Below are positions 1-9,621 of a stretch of DNA of 64,000 nt, in pieces (within the stretch, counting starts at the first letter, position 1; every line of letters begins with the position of its first letter). This DNA is from an uncultured Sphingobacterium sp. GTDB lineage: Bacteria; Bacteroidota; Bacteroidia; SpSt-205. The stretch spans positions 2,257-66,256 of the forward strand of contig CAZAXD010000007.1 of the NCBI GenBank assembly GCA_964489015.1. The letters are read 5' to 3'. The notes under the pieces were generated by a model. It was given only the letters and a program-made list of their open reading frames with translations, did no database searches and was not told the DNA's origin. Made by a program: the position numbers and the translations under genes.

Positions 1-635
1 TGAGGCTTGGTTTTGAGGGTCAGTGACCGCTGATAATACAGCCCCATGTCGCCAGCCACACTACGCCCTGGCTGCGTCGTAAGCCCCCCTACCGTGGTAG
101 CCCCGGTCAGGTTGCTCTGCACGTATTTGAGGGCTACGCCGGCCGAAAGGTTGCTTGTGATGACATGGCTATAACCAGCCGAGAACGCAAACTCATTCGC
201 ATCATACTCGCCTGTTTTGATGCCAGCGTTATCTGTAAACTCAATCCGCCCTAAGCTAAAGAACGTCAGGGAAGCGCCAATCGCACCGGCCTTTTCACTG
301 ATATTCCAAAAGGCCGGCACATAGAGGTGATTGATGTCTCCGATACCGAGAGCCCTTAGCCAGGGAGTATACGAAAAGGCTACCCCAGCCCGCTCTTGGG
401 CTAAAGCCAAGGCGCCTACATTCCAATGCATACTATACATATTGGCCGGCAGGGCTACACCCGCTTCGGCTAAGCCACCGCTTCGAGCATCAGGACAGAT
501 GAGCAGAAAAGGAACGGCCGTTGTAATAGCTCGAATCTGGCCGGCCGGTGTCGATTGGGCTTGTCCATAAAGCAAAGACATACTCACACCGCTAAGACTG
601 AGAAGACTTAGTAGCCCCCAGAAGGCACTTCGCAT
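1..635 (-). CDS. porV: Type IX secretion system outer-membrane protein PorV (partial, runs off window start)
   Basis: Not in ORF track. Hand translation from ATG 635: MRSAFWGLLSLLSLSGVSMSLLYGQ...RAITTAVPFLLICPDARSGGLAEAGVA...SYTPWLR...VAGDMGLYYQ. ITTAVPFL-x-I-x-PDAR matches the PorV N-terminus. Frame stays open to base 3. Confidence 0.9.
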   Translation of the reverse strand, partial: MRSAFWGLLSLLSLSGVSMSLLYGQAQSTPAGQIRAITTAVPFLLICPDARSGGLAEAGVALPANMYSMHWNVGALALAQERAGVAFSYTPWLRALGIGDINHLYVPAFWNISEKAGAIGASLTFFSLGRIEFTDNAGIKTGEYDANEFAFSAGYSHVITSNLSAGVALKYVQSNLTGATTVGGLTTQPGRSVAGDMGLYYQRSLTLKTKP

Positions 636-656
636 AAGTAGCAAGGAAAATCTGTA

Positions 657-664
657 CAAAGGTA
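657..664 (-). promoter_or_regulatory. Bacteroidota -7 element TACCTTTG for porV
   Basis: Perfect TAnnTTTG on minus strand, 21 nt upstream of ATG 635. Confidence 0.65.
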
Positions 665-715
665 CAATATTGCGGCCATGCTCTAAACCTAGCCCTAGCC
701 TTCACCAAACGTTTG

Positions 716-723
716 TATTTTTG
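716..723 (+). promoter_or_regulatory. -7 element TATTTTTG for tRNA-Ser/fbp unit
   Basis: Perfect TAnnTTTG ending 4 nt before tRNA position 1 (728). Confidence 0.75.
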
Positions 724-727
724 CCTT

Positions 728-814
728 GGAGAGATGCCGGAGTGGTCGAACGGGCCTGACTTGAAATCAGGTAGCCTCTTACGAGGCTCGGGGGTTCGAA
801 TCCCTCTCTCTCCG
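728..814 (+). tRNA. tRNA-Ser (anticodon TGA), CCA not encoded
   Basis: Acceptor GGAGAGA/TCTCTCC plus discriminator G814; D arm CCG-GAGTGGTCGAA-CGG; anticodon arm CCTGA-CTTGAAA-TCAGG; long variable arm AGCCTC-TTAC-GAGGCT; T loop TTCGAAT. Confidence 0.97.
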
Positions 815-815
815 C

Positions 816-1811
816 ATGGTAACGCTTGAGCAGTATATCGCTGACCGCCAGCAGGAAATCGAGGGCACCACCGGCGCCTTCTCCAAAATCCTGCGGGATC
901 TAGGCTTCGGTGCGAAAATAATTAGCTTCTACTTGCGACGAGCGGCCCTGGCCAACGTCCTGGGCGAGCTAGGCATAACGAATATTCAAGGGGAGTCCGT
1001 TCAAAAGCTCGATCATCTAGCCAATACGCTTTTTCACCAGCTTTTTGCCAAAAACCCACATGTCGCCGGCTATGCGTCTGAAGAAGATGACACGTTTACA
1101 CCACTCAATCCCGATGGACGCTATGTCATCCTGGTTGATCCCTTGGATGGATCTTCGAATATCGATGTTGGTGTCCCCGTCGGAACTATCTTTTCGATTT
1201 ATCGGCGTCAAAGCCCGACAGGCACCCCCTGTGTCTTAGAAGATTTTCTACAAGGTGGCCGTGCACAGGTGGCAGCGGGCTATATCCTCTACGGCACAAG
1301 CACCCTCCTATTTTACACCACAGGCAAAGGCGTGCAAGGTTTTACGCTAGAGCCCGCTGCCAGCGAGTTTCTCTTGACCCACCCCGAGGTTCGGATGCCT
1401 AGCCGGTCCAGTTACTACTCCTTCAACGATAACCAGCTTCACGAGTGGGACCCCAAACTGCAGGCATTCGTTCAAGCGCTACATAAACGCAATCAGACCA
1501 GCAGCAAGCCCGCTTCCCTGCGTTATGTAGGGGCTTTAGTGGCAGATTTTCACCGCAACCTTCTGAAGGGGGGCTTCTTCATGTATCCCGGTACGGTCCA
1601 AAAGCCGCAGGGCAAGTTACGCCTCTTATACGAGGGATACCCCATGGCCTGGCTTGTAGAAGTGGCCGGGGGCGAAGCTTCCGATGGGACAAAAGCTCTC
1701 CTCGACGTAACCCCCACCGAATTGCATCAGCGAACGCCTCTTTTCTTGGGGACCCCAGAAGACATGACCCTCCTAAAGCAACATCTTTATGTCTCTCTGG
1801 AAGCGGTTTAA
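816..1811 (+). CDS. fbp: Fructose-1,6-bisphosphatase class 1
   Basis: Motifs ASEE, DPLDGSSNIDV, RYVGALVADFHR, GKLRLLYE. Confidence 0.95.
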   Translation: MVTLEQYIADRQQEIEGTTGAFSKILRDLGFGAKIISFYLRRAALANVLGELGITNIQGESVQKLDHLANTLFHQLFAKNPHVAGYASEEDDTFTPLNPDGRYVILVDPLDGSSNIDVGVPVGTIFSIYRRQSPTGTPCVLEDFLQGGRAQVAAGYILYGTSTLLFYTTGKGVQGFTLEPAASEFLLTHPEVRMPSRSSYYSFNDNQLHEWDPKLQAFVQALHKRNQTSSKPASLRYVGALVADFHRNLLKGGFFMYPGTVQKPQGKLRLLYEGYPMAWLVEVAGGEASDGTKALLDVTPTELHQRTPLFLGTPEDMTLLKQHLYVSLEAV

Positions 1812-2544
1812 GCGGGCCATTCGGGCGCTCTTTGGGAAAGCGGTAGAAGCTATCGAGGATCCGCGCCTGATCTTAGAGCAGAATATCCGTGAGCTCAACG
1901 ATCAGGTCCCCAAGATGAATCAGCATATTGCTTCGGTCAAAGCAACTGTCACCCTGCTAGAACGGGAGCTTGCCAAGTACAAGAAGGATTACGAAGAGCT
2001 CATCGCCCGGGTCAAGGTCGCCCTTAATCAAAATCGTGAAGACCTAGCCCAGCAGTATGCGCTCCAGATCGAACGGCTCAAGGACTCCATCGCACAGACC
2101 CAGGTAGAGCTGGAAGCGGCGCAAAAAGCTTATGAAAAGGCCCTCGAAATCAAAAAGCTCTTCATGAAAGAGCGGGAACGTAAAATCCAGGAAGCACGCG
2201 CCGCCCTACAGCAATATGAACGGGCCCAATGGCAAGCTAAAATCGCTGAAACCTTTGAGCAGTTTGAAGTAGGGGGCATCGACCAAACGCATGACGAGAT
2301 GGTTCGTCGCCTGCAAGAAAAAGCCGCTCAAAATGAAGCACGCCTGGGGCTCGCGCTCGAATCTATAGATACCACCCGGCTCAAACTCGACGAGGAGATG
2401 GAAAAGCTTCAAGCCCGCGAGTCCCTAGCCCGCCTCAAAGCGGAGTTAGGACTCGAATTGCCGTCTTCTTCCCAAAAGGCTCAGCCGGCTCCCCCTGACG
2501 ATGCTTCCTCCTTCAATCCCCCACCCAAAGAACCCCTGCTATAA
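1789..2544 (+). CDS. pspA: PspA/IM30 (Vipp1-like) family protein
   Basis: N-terminal amphipathic MSLWKRFKRAIRA, EDPRLILEQNIREL, long coiled coil, C-terminal LARLKAELG. Confidence 0.88.
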   Translation: MSLWKRFKRAIRALFGKAVEAIEDPRLILEQNIRELNDQVPKMNQHIASVKATVTLLERELAKYKKDYEELIARVKVALNQNREDLAQQYALQIERLKDSIAQTQVELEAAQKAYEKALEIKKLFMKERERKIQEARAALQQYERAQWQAKIAETFEQFEVGGIDQTHDEMVRRLQEKAAQNEARLGLALESIDTTRLKLDEEMEKLQARESLARLKAELGLELPSSSQKAQPAPPDDASSFNPPPKEPLL

Positions 2545-2635
2545 AAATCATATGCCCACTTACCTAACTGCAGGCTCTGATCGCAGCTCCAGGCTGATAA
2601 CAAAGCGCACCCCCTAGTAGTATTTACGCAGCATA

Positions 2636-3811
2636 ATGCGTATTCTCCAACTATCTCCTAAGCCCGTCTACCCTCCAAAAGACGGGGGGGCCATCGGTAA
2701 CCTGATTTTTGTAGAATTATGGCAAAGGTTAGGGTATGAGGTTCGGGTTTTAGCGATGGCTACGCCCAAGCATCCGGCTCCTCCTACGCCTCCCTCTCAC
2801 TTCCATCAGCAAACCGTTTTCGTTGATACGAATCCAGGACCTTTCTCTGCCTTAGTCAATCTATTTCTATCCGATCAGCCCTATCACGTCGACAGATTTT
2901 ACAAGCCAGCCTATGAAAAGGCTTTAGCTGAGGTCATTCAAAGCTACCGCCCGGACCTCATCCAAGTAGAGTCACCCTACCTTACGCCCTACGTTACGGT
3001 CTATAACATTCCCCGCGTCTACCGGCTACACAATATCGAGCACCAGATCTGGCAGCGCTTGGCCCAAGAACGAAGCGGCCTCGTCCAGTGGTACCTCCAT
3101 CTTCAAGCGCGCCGCATCCGTCAGTACGAAGCCCATATTATGCATCTGTATTACGGGCTTTTACCAATCTCCGAGAAAGAAGCGGCGTGGATCCACCAAT
3201 CGGGCTATGATGGCCCTTCTGTGCTCATTCCTTTTATGATTGACGTGAGCGCCTATCAGGCGCCTCCCCTTCGTAAGCAGAATCCCCATATTGGCTATAT
3301 CGGTGGACTTGACTGGTTACCGAATATCTCCGGTCTAGTGTGGTTTCTAGAGAAAGTCTGGCCGGCTTTTGTCGCTCGTCACCCAGAGGCCCAGTTTTTC
3401 ATTGCTGGTCGAAACTGTCCAGCCTCTCTAAGGCGATATGAGAGCCGAAACGTACACATTCTGGGCGAGGTGGCTGATGCCAAAGCTTTTCTATACGACC
3501 ACGATATCATTGTGGTACCGCTTTTTGCTGGGAGCGGGGTTCGCGTCAAAATCATTGAAGCCTTTGCTACAGGCCGTGCCGTTATCTCCACCACTATCGG
3601 CGCCGAAAGTCTCATATATCATCCGCATGTCAATATTTACATTGCGGATACCGCAGCAGCCTTTCTCAGTGCGCTTGAAAATCTCTATGTAAGTTCTGTC
3701 GAACGCCAAACCCTGGGACGAAACGCCCGTATTCTCGTAGAGCAATTTTACAATATTGAGCAGGTCCTTCCGACAGCCAGACGCTTTTACGAGCGGGTCA
3801 CTGCCTCCTAA
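2636..3811 (+). CDS. Glycosyltransferase family 4
   Basis: YPPKDGGAI N-terminus; GSGVRVKIIEAFATGRAVISTTIGAE GT-B motif. Confidence 0.88.
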   Translation: MRILQLSPKPVYPPKDGGAIGNLIFVELWQRLGYEVRVLAMATPKHPAPPTPPSHFHQQTVFVDTNPGPFSALVNLFLSDQPYHVDRFYKPAYEKALAEVIQSYRPDLIQVESPYLTPYVTVYNIPRVYRLHNIEHQIWQRLAQERSGLVQWYLHLQARRIRQYEAHIMHLYYGLLPISEKEAAWIHQSGYDGPSVLIPFMIDVSAYQAPPLRKQNPHIGYIGGLDWLPNISGLVWFLEKVWPAFVARHPEAQFFIAGRNCPASLRRYESRNVHILGEVADAKAFLYDHDIIVVPLFAGSGVRVKIIEAFATGRAVISTTIGAESLIYHPHVNIYIADTAAAFLSALENLYVSSVERQTLGRNARILVEQFYNIEQVLPTARRFYERVTAS

Positions 3812-3812
3812 G

Positions 3813-4862
3813 GTGGCCTTTCGGGTAGTCGGCCTCATGGCCGGCAGCTCCCAGGATGGCCTAGACCTGGCGCTCGTGCGCCTACAATACCTCGGCGAAA
3901 CCTGGCGCTATGACGTATTGCATGCCCAGACCGAACCGTACCCGCTTGCCTTGCGAGAGCGCCTCCTAGACGCTGCTGACAGCCCTTCACATGCTCTCCT
4001 AAGCCTCCATGTAGATTACACCTACTGGACCGCCGCCGTGCTTCAAAAGCACCTCACAAGGTTTGTATATGACCTAATTGCTTGGCATGGCCCTACGATT
4101 TTTCATAACCCCTCTCAGCGATTAACCTGGGCCTTAGGCGATGCCGAATTACTCTCAGCGCTAACTGGCCGGCCCGTGGTTACCCATTTCCGGGCGAGAG
4201 ATTTAGCGTATGGGGGACAAGGAGCGCCCCTCATCCCAAATGCCGACGAACTGCTATGGCCCCAGTATCCCACCTTGCTAAACCTAGGTGGCATTTGTAA
4301 CGTGACGCACCTACCGAGTCGAAAGGCCTTCGATATAGGTCCTTGTAATCAACTCCTTAATGCCCTCGCCCGAGAACTATCGCCGCCCCTGCCCTATGAT
4401 CCAGCCGGTCAGTTTGCTCGTCAAGGTAGCTACCTACCTGCGTTAGCTCAGCGCTTTTGGGAGGCGCCCCCTCTCCAAAATAGACCCACTGCCCTCGCCA
4501 ATGTCGACATCCAGACCCATTTTATAGAGCCATTCCTAACCTTTGCGGCTAATCCTATAGATAAACTGCATACGGCCACGCGCTGCATTGCCAATTTGAT
4601 TGCACAAAAGCTTAATGCGCTGAAGACCCCCACCGTACTCATGACCGGCGGCGGCACTTACAATGCCTTCCTTTTAGAACTCATCCAAACCCAGATCACA
4701 CCCGCTACTACAATCCTAATCCCTGACTCAACACTCATCGAATTTCGGGAGGCTATCGGTTTTGCGTTATTGGGCCTACTGCGCTATCTGGAGCTCACCA
4801 ATGTGGACGGGCGATGGACCGGCGGCACCCACCGCCACAGTAGCGGAAGCCTGAGCCTTTAG
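3813..4862 (+). CDS. anmK: Anhydro-N-acetylmuramic acid kinase
   Basis: GLMAGSSQDGLD, HGPTIFH, GGQGAPL, NLGGICN, FDIGPCNQLL, GGGTYN. Start moved to GTG 3813, just after the upstream stop. Confidence 0.9.
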   Translation: MAFRVVGLMAGSSQDGLDLALVRLQYLGETWRYDVLHAQTEPYPLALRERLLDAADSPSHALLSLHVDYTYWTAAVLQKHLTRFVYDLIAWHGPTIFHNPSQRLTWALGDAELLSALTGRPVVTHFRARDLAYGGQGAPLIPNADELLWPQYPTLLNLGGICNVTHLPSRKAFDIGPCNQLLNALARELSPPLPYDPAGQFARQGSYLPALAQRFWEAPPLQNRPTALANVDIQTHFIEPFLTFAANPIDKLHTATRCIANLIAQKLNALKTPTVLMTGGGTYNAFLLELIQTQITPATTILIPDSTLIEFREAIGFALLGLLRYLELTNVDGRWTGGTHRHSSGSLSL

Positions 4863-5713
4863 CTTTTACGCAGAGGTATCGCTAATAAGGGATAGGCTAA
4901 ATGCTGAACGACATTCTCCGTAATACTACCAAATAAAAACTGGGCTAGACCTTTGCGACCATGCGTGCCCATTATCAAGAGATCAGCCTTCTCGGCTTCC
5001 ATAGCTTGCCGTAATCCCTCTTCTACAGAGATGTCGTTGTATACGCGAAGCTCCCAATGGGGATAGCTAAGGGCTGCCTTCAAATTATCCAAAAAGCGAT
5101 TGATAGTAGCCGTATCAAAAAAGACATACGGGGTGTTGATAACGGACAGAATGACTTTTACATTGGGCCATGCTGCCAAAAATCGAATAGCATCTTGAAT
5201 GACTTCTATCGTTTTATCTTCAAAAACCTCTATCGGGAGAAGCACCCGCTCATAAGGTCTGTAACTATTTTGAGGATGCACAGCTAAAACCGGTAAAGGG
5301 CTATGCCGAATAAGTCGAGCCGTATTAGTCCCCAAGATACCGCCATCCCAGAGGCTCGTAGCCCCTCGAGTACCTACTACAATGAGATCGACATCTGAGA
5401 ACTTCGACAGGTAATCCTCGACCCGCCATACGGCATAATCAGATAAAAGGTGCGCATGAACGGGGACTTTATCGACGTCTACGGCCTGCACATAGGCAAG
5501 CAAATGCTTCTCTAATTCGGCTCGGATACGCCTATCAAGCTCGGCATCTATGACAGCCGAAAGCCCTCCCTGGTAAGCAATGCTGGCATAGGGCCGATCA
5601 TAAACATGCACCACGCGGATCGCTTTCCCCAGCTGACGGGCCAGGCTGATCGCATACCGATAGGCTACCTGGGCTGTCTCTGAGAAGTCTGTCAGGTGTA
5701 AAATGGCGTTCAT
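4859..5713 (-). CDS. Universal stress protein (tandem USP domains)
   Basis: ILHLTDFSE, DLIVVGTRG, DLLIMGTHGRKGLAQFLFGSITENV. Confidence 0.9.
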   Translation of the reverse strand: MNAILHLTDFSETAQVAYRYAISLARQLGKAIRVVHVYDRPYASIAYQGGLSAVIDAELDRRIRAELEKHLLAYVQAVDVDKVPVHAHLLSDYAVWRVEDYLSKFSDVDLIVVGTRGATSLWDGGILGTNTARLIRHSPLPVLAVHPQNSYRPYERVLLPIEVFEDKTIEVIQDAIRFLAAWPNVKVILSVINTPYVFFDTATINRFLDNLKAALSYPHWELRVYNDISVEEGLRQAMEAEKADLLIMGTHGRKGLAQFLFGSITENVVQHLAYPLLAIPLRKS

Positions 5714-5720
5714 TTCCTAG

Positions 5721-5728
5721 CAAAATTA
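5721..5728 (-). promoter_or_regulatory. -7 element TAATTTTG (usp)
   Basis: Perfect match, 7 nt spacer to ATG 5713. Confidence 0.7.
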
Positions 5729-5739
5729 CAAAAAAAAGA

Positions 5740-8034
5740 TTATTGCCAGGGACGCTGCGGAAAGAGCGTATAGCCCAGATGCAGAAAGACCCGAAAGGGT
5801 TGAGGCTGTCTATCGTAGTACGTCAAAAAGGCCCCTATCGGTCCAAAAAAAGTCTTGTAAAAGACTCCCACCATGCCATACCGATACAAGGGTAACCAAG
5901 ATAAGCTCTCCCCTGGAAGCTCGATTTCGCCAGTGGGGTTGGAACGAGTGGGCAACACTAGGCGAGCCACGGGCTGATACAAACTCGCACTCACCCGCAG
6001 CGAGAGTTTACGCCAAAAGACGATAGTCATATTTCCGCCGACGGCGCCATAGATTCGATTGTAAAGCTCGGGTAGTAAGAGTTGAGGACTTTCAGGAAAG
6101 GGCTCAAAACGTGGGCTGGTCAAAAGGCTAGTAATCGAATCCAAGTAAGGTTTCTGCAGAGACACACCGGCCTCGGCCCGGAGGCCTACAGAAAAACCCG
6201 AAAAGAGCCGAAGCTGCTGGCGAAAGCGAAGACGGGCTTCTGGCCAGTAATGCTCTGCTCGCGTGTAGAGAGGATTCGGCTCAAAGGGACGCTCAACCGC
6301 TTGATTAAGGCTGCCCTGAAGCCAAAGCCCCGCCCCCTCTAAAGGGTACTGGCGATCATCCTCGGTACTAACCTGCACCTCGATAGAGACGCCTTGCGCT
6401 GTGGTACTAGTTCCACGGCTAGTGCCCTGATAAAGGTAACGGTCCTCCTGCCGCAGGCGGTGTACCATGGCTTGGATGGCGGCTTGCTTATAGGTCCAAG
6501 TCACCCCACCACTAAGCCAGTCTATATCCGAGAAGAAGCCTGCTTCCCGAGCGCGGGGCAGCCATGCGGAGCCCAGCGTTTGGTAGGTATAACGCAATAC
6601 GCGGCTTCTTCCAGTTAAGTAGATATCCCATGGTAGCGGCGGCCTGATACTGAGGCGAAGCTCCAAGGCCTGGGCAAAAGTGCCTTGAGTAGCTAGGAGT
6701 TCGCCCTGCCAGGCTGCCCACCAGACCTTCTCTCCCCGCACCCCTACCTGCCATGCATACCCCTGGGGTGAATACACAGCCAAACCCGTACGTAAGGCAA
6801 CCCCGCCCCGTCGTCTCAGGTAGATGCTGAGCAAGGTGCGACCATCCGCCAGCTGCTCATACGCCGGTAGTAGGCTGTAAAACGGCACCGCACTTCGTAG
6901 GCGCGAAAGGCCCCGCCTGAGCCTCGTGGCAGACACCATATCCCCAGGGCGGATTCCCACCACCCGCCGGTAAAAAAAGTGTTCACTCCGACTCGCCGGG
7001 TAAAAATCTAAGCTATCGGCTCGTATGGCCTCCCCTCTATACGCCCGAAAAAACTGCCTTCGTGCCGCTAGCGTCGTAGAATCCGCCTGCCATCCCCCGA
7101 TTTCCTGCCGAAGTTCCTCTATACAGCTCTTGGTCGCCTCATAACCACGCTGGATCGCAAAAGAAAGCCCCTGCACTGAAAAGTCCGTACTGCTCATCTC
7201 CCCTAAATCCGGCTGGATAAAAAAGCCTCTTTCCGGCATCTTTTGCCAGCTAAGCGGATCCGATAAGTGCGAAAATAGACGCCAGTAGTACCCCTTCTCC
7301 TGAAAATCTTCTAAGGTCATGGGTGGCGATCCTACATGTACCCCGATAATGTAATTCGGCTTGAAGACCTTTTGCATGGGCTCAATGGGAAAGTTGTTAT
7401 AAACCCCACCATCGACTAGATTGACGTACTGCCGAGTCGTGATCGGAGCAAAAAAGATAGGGACCGAAATCGACACCCGCACTGCTAAGGGCAAACTTCC
7501 CCGCGCTAAAATCACGGCCTGCTTCTTATAGAGATCAGCGCCAATAGCCCGATAAGACACTACTAGGCTATCAAAGTTACCTTTAGCCGCCAAGCTAGGG
7601 CCCGCTAGCTTTTCATTGAGACGAAGGTTGATCTCAAAATCAGATACCACCTGATCAGGCAAGGGGACATCGCCTTTCGTGAGAAAATCGAGAGGAACTT
7701 CGCCTATGGTGATATCATGCGGCGCTAAGAGCTTGAAGTATCGATCCTCTCGAAAGAGAAGCCCCGGTGCAAACCAGGCACCCGCCTCCCGAAAGATCAT
7801 AGCCTGCATTTCAGCGGGCGTATAACCCGCCGCATAAAACGCCCCAACCATCGCCCCCATTGATGTACCAGTAATGTAATCTATCGGAATGCCTTCCTCC
7901 TCTAAGGCTTGTATCACGCCAATATGGGCCGCCCCACGAGCCCCTCCTCCTGAGAGTACAAGCCCTATCCGGGGACGACTGGCCGTGTCCTGGGCCCAGA
8001 CTAAACACACGATACCCCAGATCCACCCACGCAT
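5740..8034 (-). CDS. Patatin-like phospholipase with C-terminal POTRA/beta-barrel region (PlpD-like)
   Basis: [19 protein letters not shown] motifs; signal peptide [15 protein letters not shown] from ATG 8034; aromatic-rich barrel-type C-terminus. Confidence 0.85.
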   Translation of the reverse strand: MRGWIWGIVCLVWAQDTASRPRIGLVLSGGGARGAAHIGVIQALEEEGIPIDYITGTSMGAMVGAFYAAGYTPAEMQAMIFREAGAWFAPGLLFREDRYFKLLAPHDITIGEVPLDFLTKGDVPLPDQVVSDFEINLRLNEKLAGPSLAAKGNFDSLVVSYRAIGADLYKKQAVILARGSLPLAVRVSISVPIFFAPITTRQYVNLVDGGVYNNFPIEPMQKVFKPNYIIGVHVGSPPMTLEDFQEKGYYWRLFSHLSDPLSWQKMPERGFFIQPDLGEMSSTDFSVQGLSFAIQRGYEATKSCIEELRQEIGGWQADSTTLAARRQFFRAYRGEAIRADSLDFYPASRSEHFFYRRVVGIRPGDMVSATRLRRGLSRLRSAVPFYSLLPAYEQLADGRTLLSIYLRRRGGVALRTGLAVYSPQGYAWQVGVRGEKVWWAAWQGELLATQGTFAQALELRLSIRPPLPWDIYLTGRSRVLRYTYQTLGSAWLPRAREAGFFSDIDWLSGGVTWTYKQAAIQAMVHRLRQEDRYLYQGTSRGTSTTAQGVSIEVQVSTEDDRQYPLEGAGLWLQGSLNQAVERPFEPNPLYTRAEHYWPEARLRFRQQLRLFSGFSVGLRAEAGVSLQKPYLDSITSLLTSPRFEPFPESPQLLLPELYNRIYGAVGGNMTIVFWRKLSLRVSASLYQPVARLVLPTRSNPTGEIELPGESLSWLPLYRYGMVGVFYKTFFGPIGAFLTYYDRQPQPFRVFLHLGYTLFPQRPWQ

Positions 8035-8036
8035 AC

Positions 8037-9233
8037 TCAATCGCCCCGTAAAATAACGCCCATCGGCAAACGAGCTATGTTTCGTCGTAAGTAAGCATAT
8101 AAAACAACACCGACGAGAAGCAGTAGACCTACCAACCCCATGTAATCCATCCACATAAGCTTAACAGGAAAATACTGAATCAGGAAGCCTTCACCCCCTC
8201 TGAGTTTGAGCCAGTGCCAGCGAGCCTGGGACAGTACCGTCAAGCTACCCACTATGGCGCCTAACCCAATTCCAAACGCTAAGAACCCCATGGACAGGCA
8301 CCAGATGAGACGCTGCTGCCACACAGGTGTAGCCCCCAAGGCCTGATAAAGGGCCCAATCCCGGCGATGATAATAAACAAGGGCCGAGAGTACACTAAGG
8401 ATGCCCCCACCTGCTAACGCTAAGAGCAAACCTAAACCCCACATCGCCAGCAGCTTCTCTTGCGCCAAGACCCGGTACACATCCGCATGCTGCGCTTGGG
8501 GGTCCCGAACCTGATACACCGGGCCTAGCACCTGTCGTAAGCGACGCTGAACCGCCGGAATGTACTTAGCAGACTGCAGCTTTAGCTCTAATACGTCATA
8601 CGGTTGGCCTTGCCACAGAGGTATGCTCTCAGCCGGGATCAACACCCAGGTATTGTCATAACTAGCTTGCACGCTGAAAAGGCCCTGCACCGACACCCGC
8701 TTGCGGTAAAGCGCTTTCTCATGAAGCCCAGCCAAACCGCGAACCGAGGTCAGCAAGTATAGCCACACGGGGCTAGTATGCTCCGGATCAAAAAGGGCTA
8801 AACGGCCCGCTATGCCAGTACCTATGAGCACCTGTTCACCTTGCAGAGGGAAGCCTTCACCGGCTACGATATGCGCTGTTATGTTACTCACCCGACCAAA
8901 ATCCGGACTAATCCCGCGCACTTTGACAAGGACTTGCTGCTCCCCATGTCTCATGGCCCCGACACGCTCGTACACCCCTACAGCAGCCTGGACCTCCGGC
9001 CAAGTAAGCAGACGCTGCACCAAACTATCAGACAAGCCGGGACCCTCTAAACGTAAATGCGGATCTACTTCCTGAAAAACTTCCTCTAAAAACTGACTGA
9101 AACCATTAAAGACCGCTGTAACCGCCACCCAAGCCCAAGCCGACACCAGCACGCTAGCCATGCCTAAATAAATCAACCATCGGATGCCTTTACGGGGGCT
9201 TGCCGTGAGATAGCGCCACCACAAAAGCCACAT
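8037..9233 (-). CDS. ABC transporter permease, LolC/E-FtsX family
   Basis: N-terminal TM then VFNGF, large periplasmic domain, three C-terminal TMs with ALGAT motif and QYFPVK. Confidence 0.8.
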   Translation of the reverse strand: MWLLWWRYLTASPRKGIRWLIYLGMASVLVSAWAWVAVTAVFNGFSQFLEEVFQEVDPHLRLEGPGLSDSLVQRLLTWPEVQAAVGVYERVGAMRHGEQQVLVKVRGISPDFGRVSNITAHIVAGEGFPLQGEQVLIGTGIAGRLALFDPEHTSPVWLYLLTSVRGLAGLHEKALYRKRVSVQGLFSVQASYDNTWVLIPAESIPLWQGQPYDVLELKLQSAKYIPAVQRRLRQVLGPVYQVRDPQAQHADVYRVLAQEKLLAMWGLGLLLALAGGGILSVLSALVYYHRRDWALYQALGATPVWQQRLIWCLSMGFLAFGIGLGAIVGSLTVLSQARWHWLKLRGGEGFLIQYFPVKLMWMDYMGLVGLLLLVGVVLYAYLRRNIARLPMGVILRGD

Positions 9234-9604
9234 CAGTGCTCTTCTGATGCAGGCGGCAATTTCTTTAGCACCTCCTCGATGCGCCGAGCGTGCAACTGGG
9301 TCTCGTCAACGTAAAAATGCACGGTAGGCATGACCTTCACTAAATGACGTATCTGCTGAGACAGAGCATAGCGTATCTCCTTTTGGTACTGCCTCAAAAG
9401 CCGCACAATAAACGCCGCGCGATCAGAAGAGTAGGTGAGAATGTAGGCCCTTACCTGTTGTAAATCCGGCGTGAGCCGCACCTCGGTTAGCTCGATGAGA
9501 ACGTCTTTCAGGTCCGGGACCTGCTCCGCAAACGTACGCAAAATATCAGCTAGGTACTTATGAATCTCACCGGATAGGCGCTGCTGTCTAAGATTTTTGG
9601 GCAT
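9233..9604 (-). CDS. rbfA: Ribosome-binding factor A
   Basis: RQQRLSGEI, TEVRLTPDLQQVRAY, MPTVHFYVDE. Confidence 0.92.
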   Translation of the reverse strand: MPKNLRQQRLSGEIHKYLADILRTFAEQVPDLKDVLIELTEVRLTPDLQQVRAYILTYSSDRAAFIVRLLRQYQKEIRYALSQQIRHLVKVMPTVHFYVDETQLHARRIEEVLKKLPPASEEH

Positions 9605-9611
9605 GGATAAG

Positions 9612-9619
9612 CAAATGTA
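9612..9619 (-). promoter_or_regulatory. -7 element TACATTTG (rbfA)
   Basis: Perfect match inside a 17-nt intergenic gap, 7 nt spacer to ATG 9604. Confidence 0.7.
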
Positions 9620-9621
9620 CG

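Noticed and set aside
1-1000. Apparent excess of CTAG
   Set aside because: A hand count gave 4 in the first 1 kb, about the random expectation; it is simply not depleted.
728-1811. tmRNA-like tRNA-ORF fusion or selenocysteine tRNA
   Set aside because: The tRNA is a complete cloverleaf with anticodon TGA (Ser), not TCA, and the following ORF is a full-length FBPase rather than a tag peptide.
8035-8154. Longer N-termini given by the track (patatin 8154, DUF4290-like 11666, valS 39488, thiolase 41928, yceI-like 42116, barrel 46157, others)
   Set aside because: The extensions overlap neighbouring genes or run through the -7 element; downstream ATGs give family-typical N-termini or clean signal peptides.
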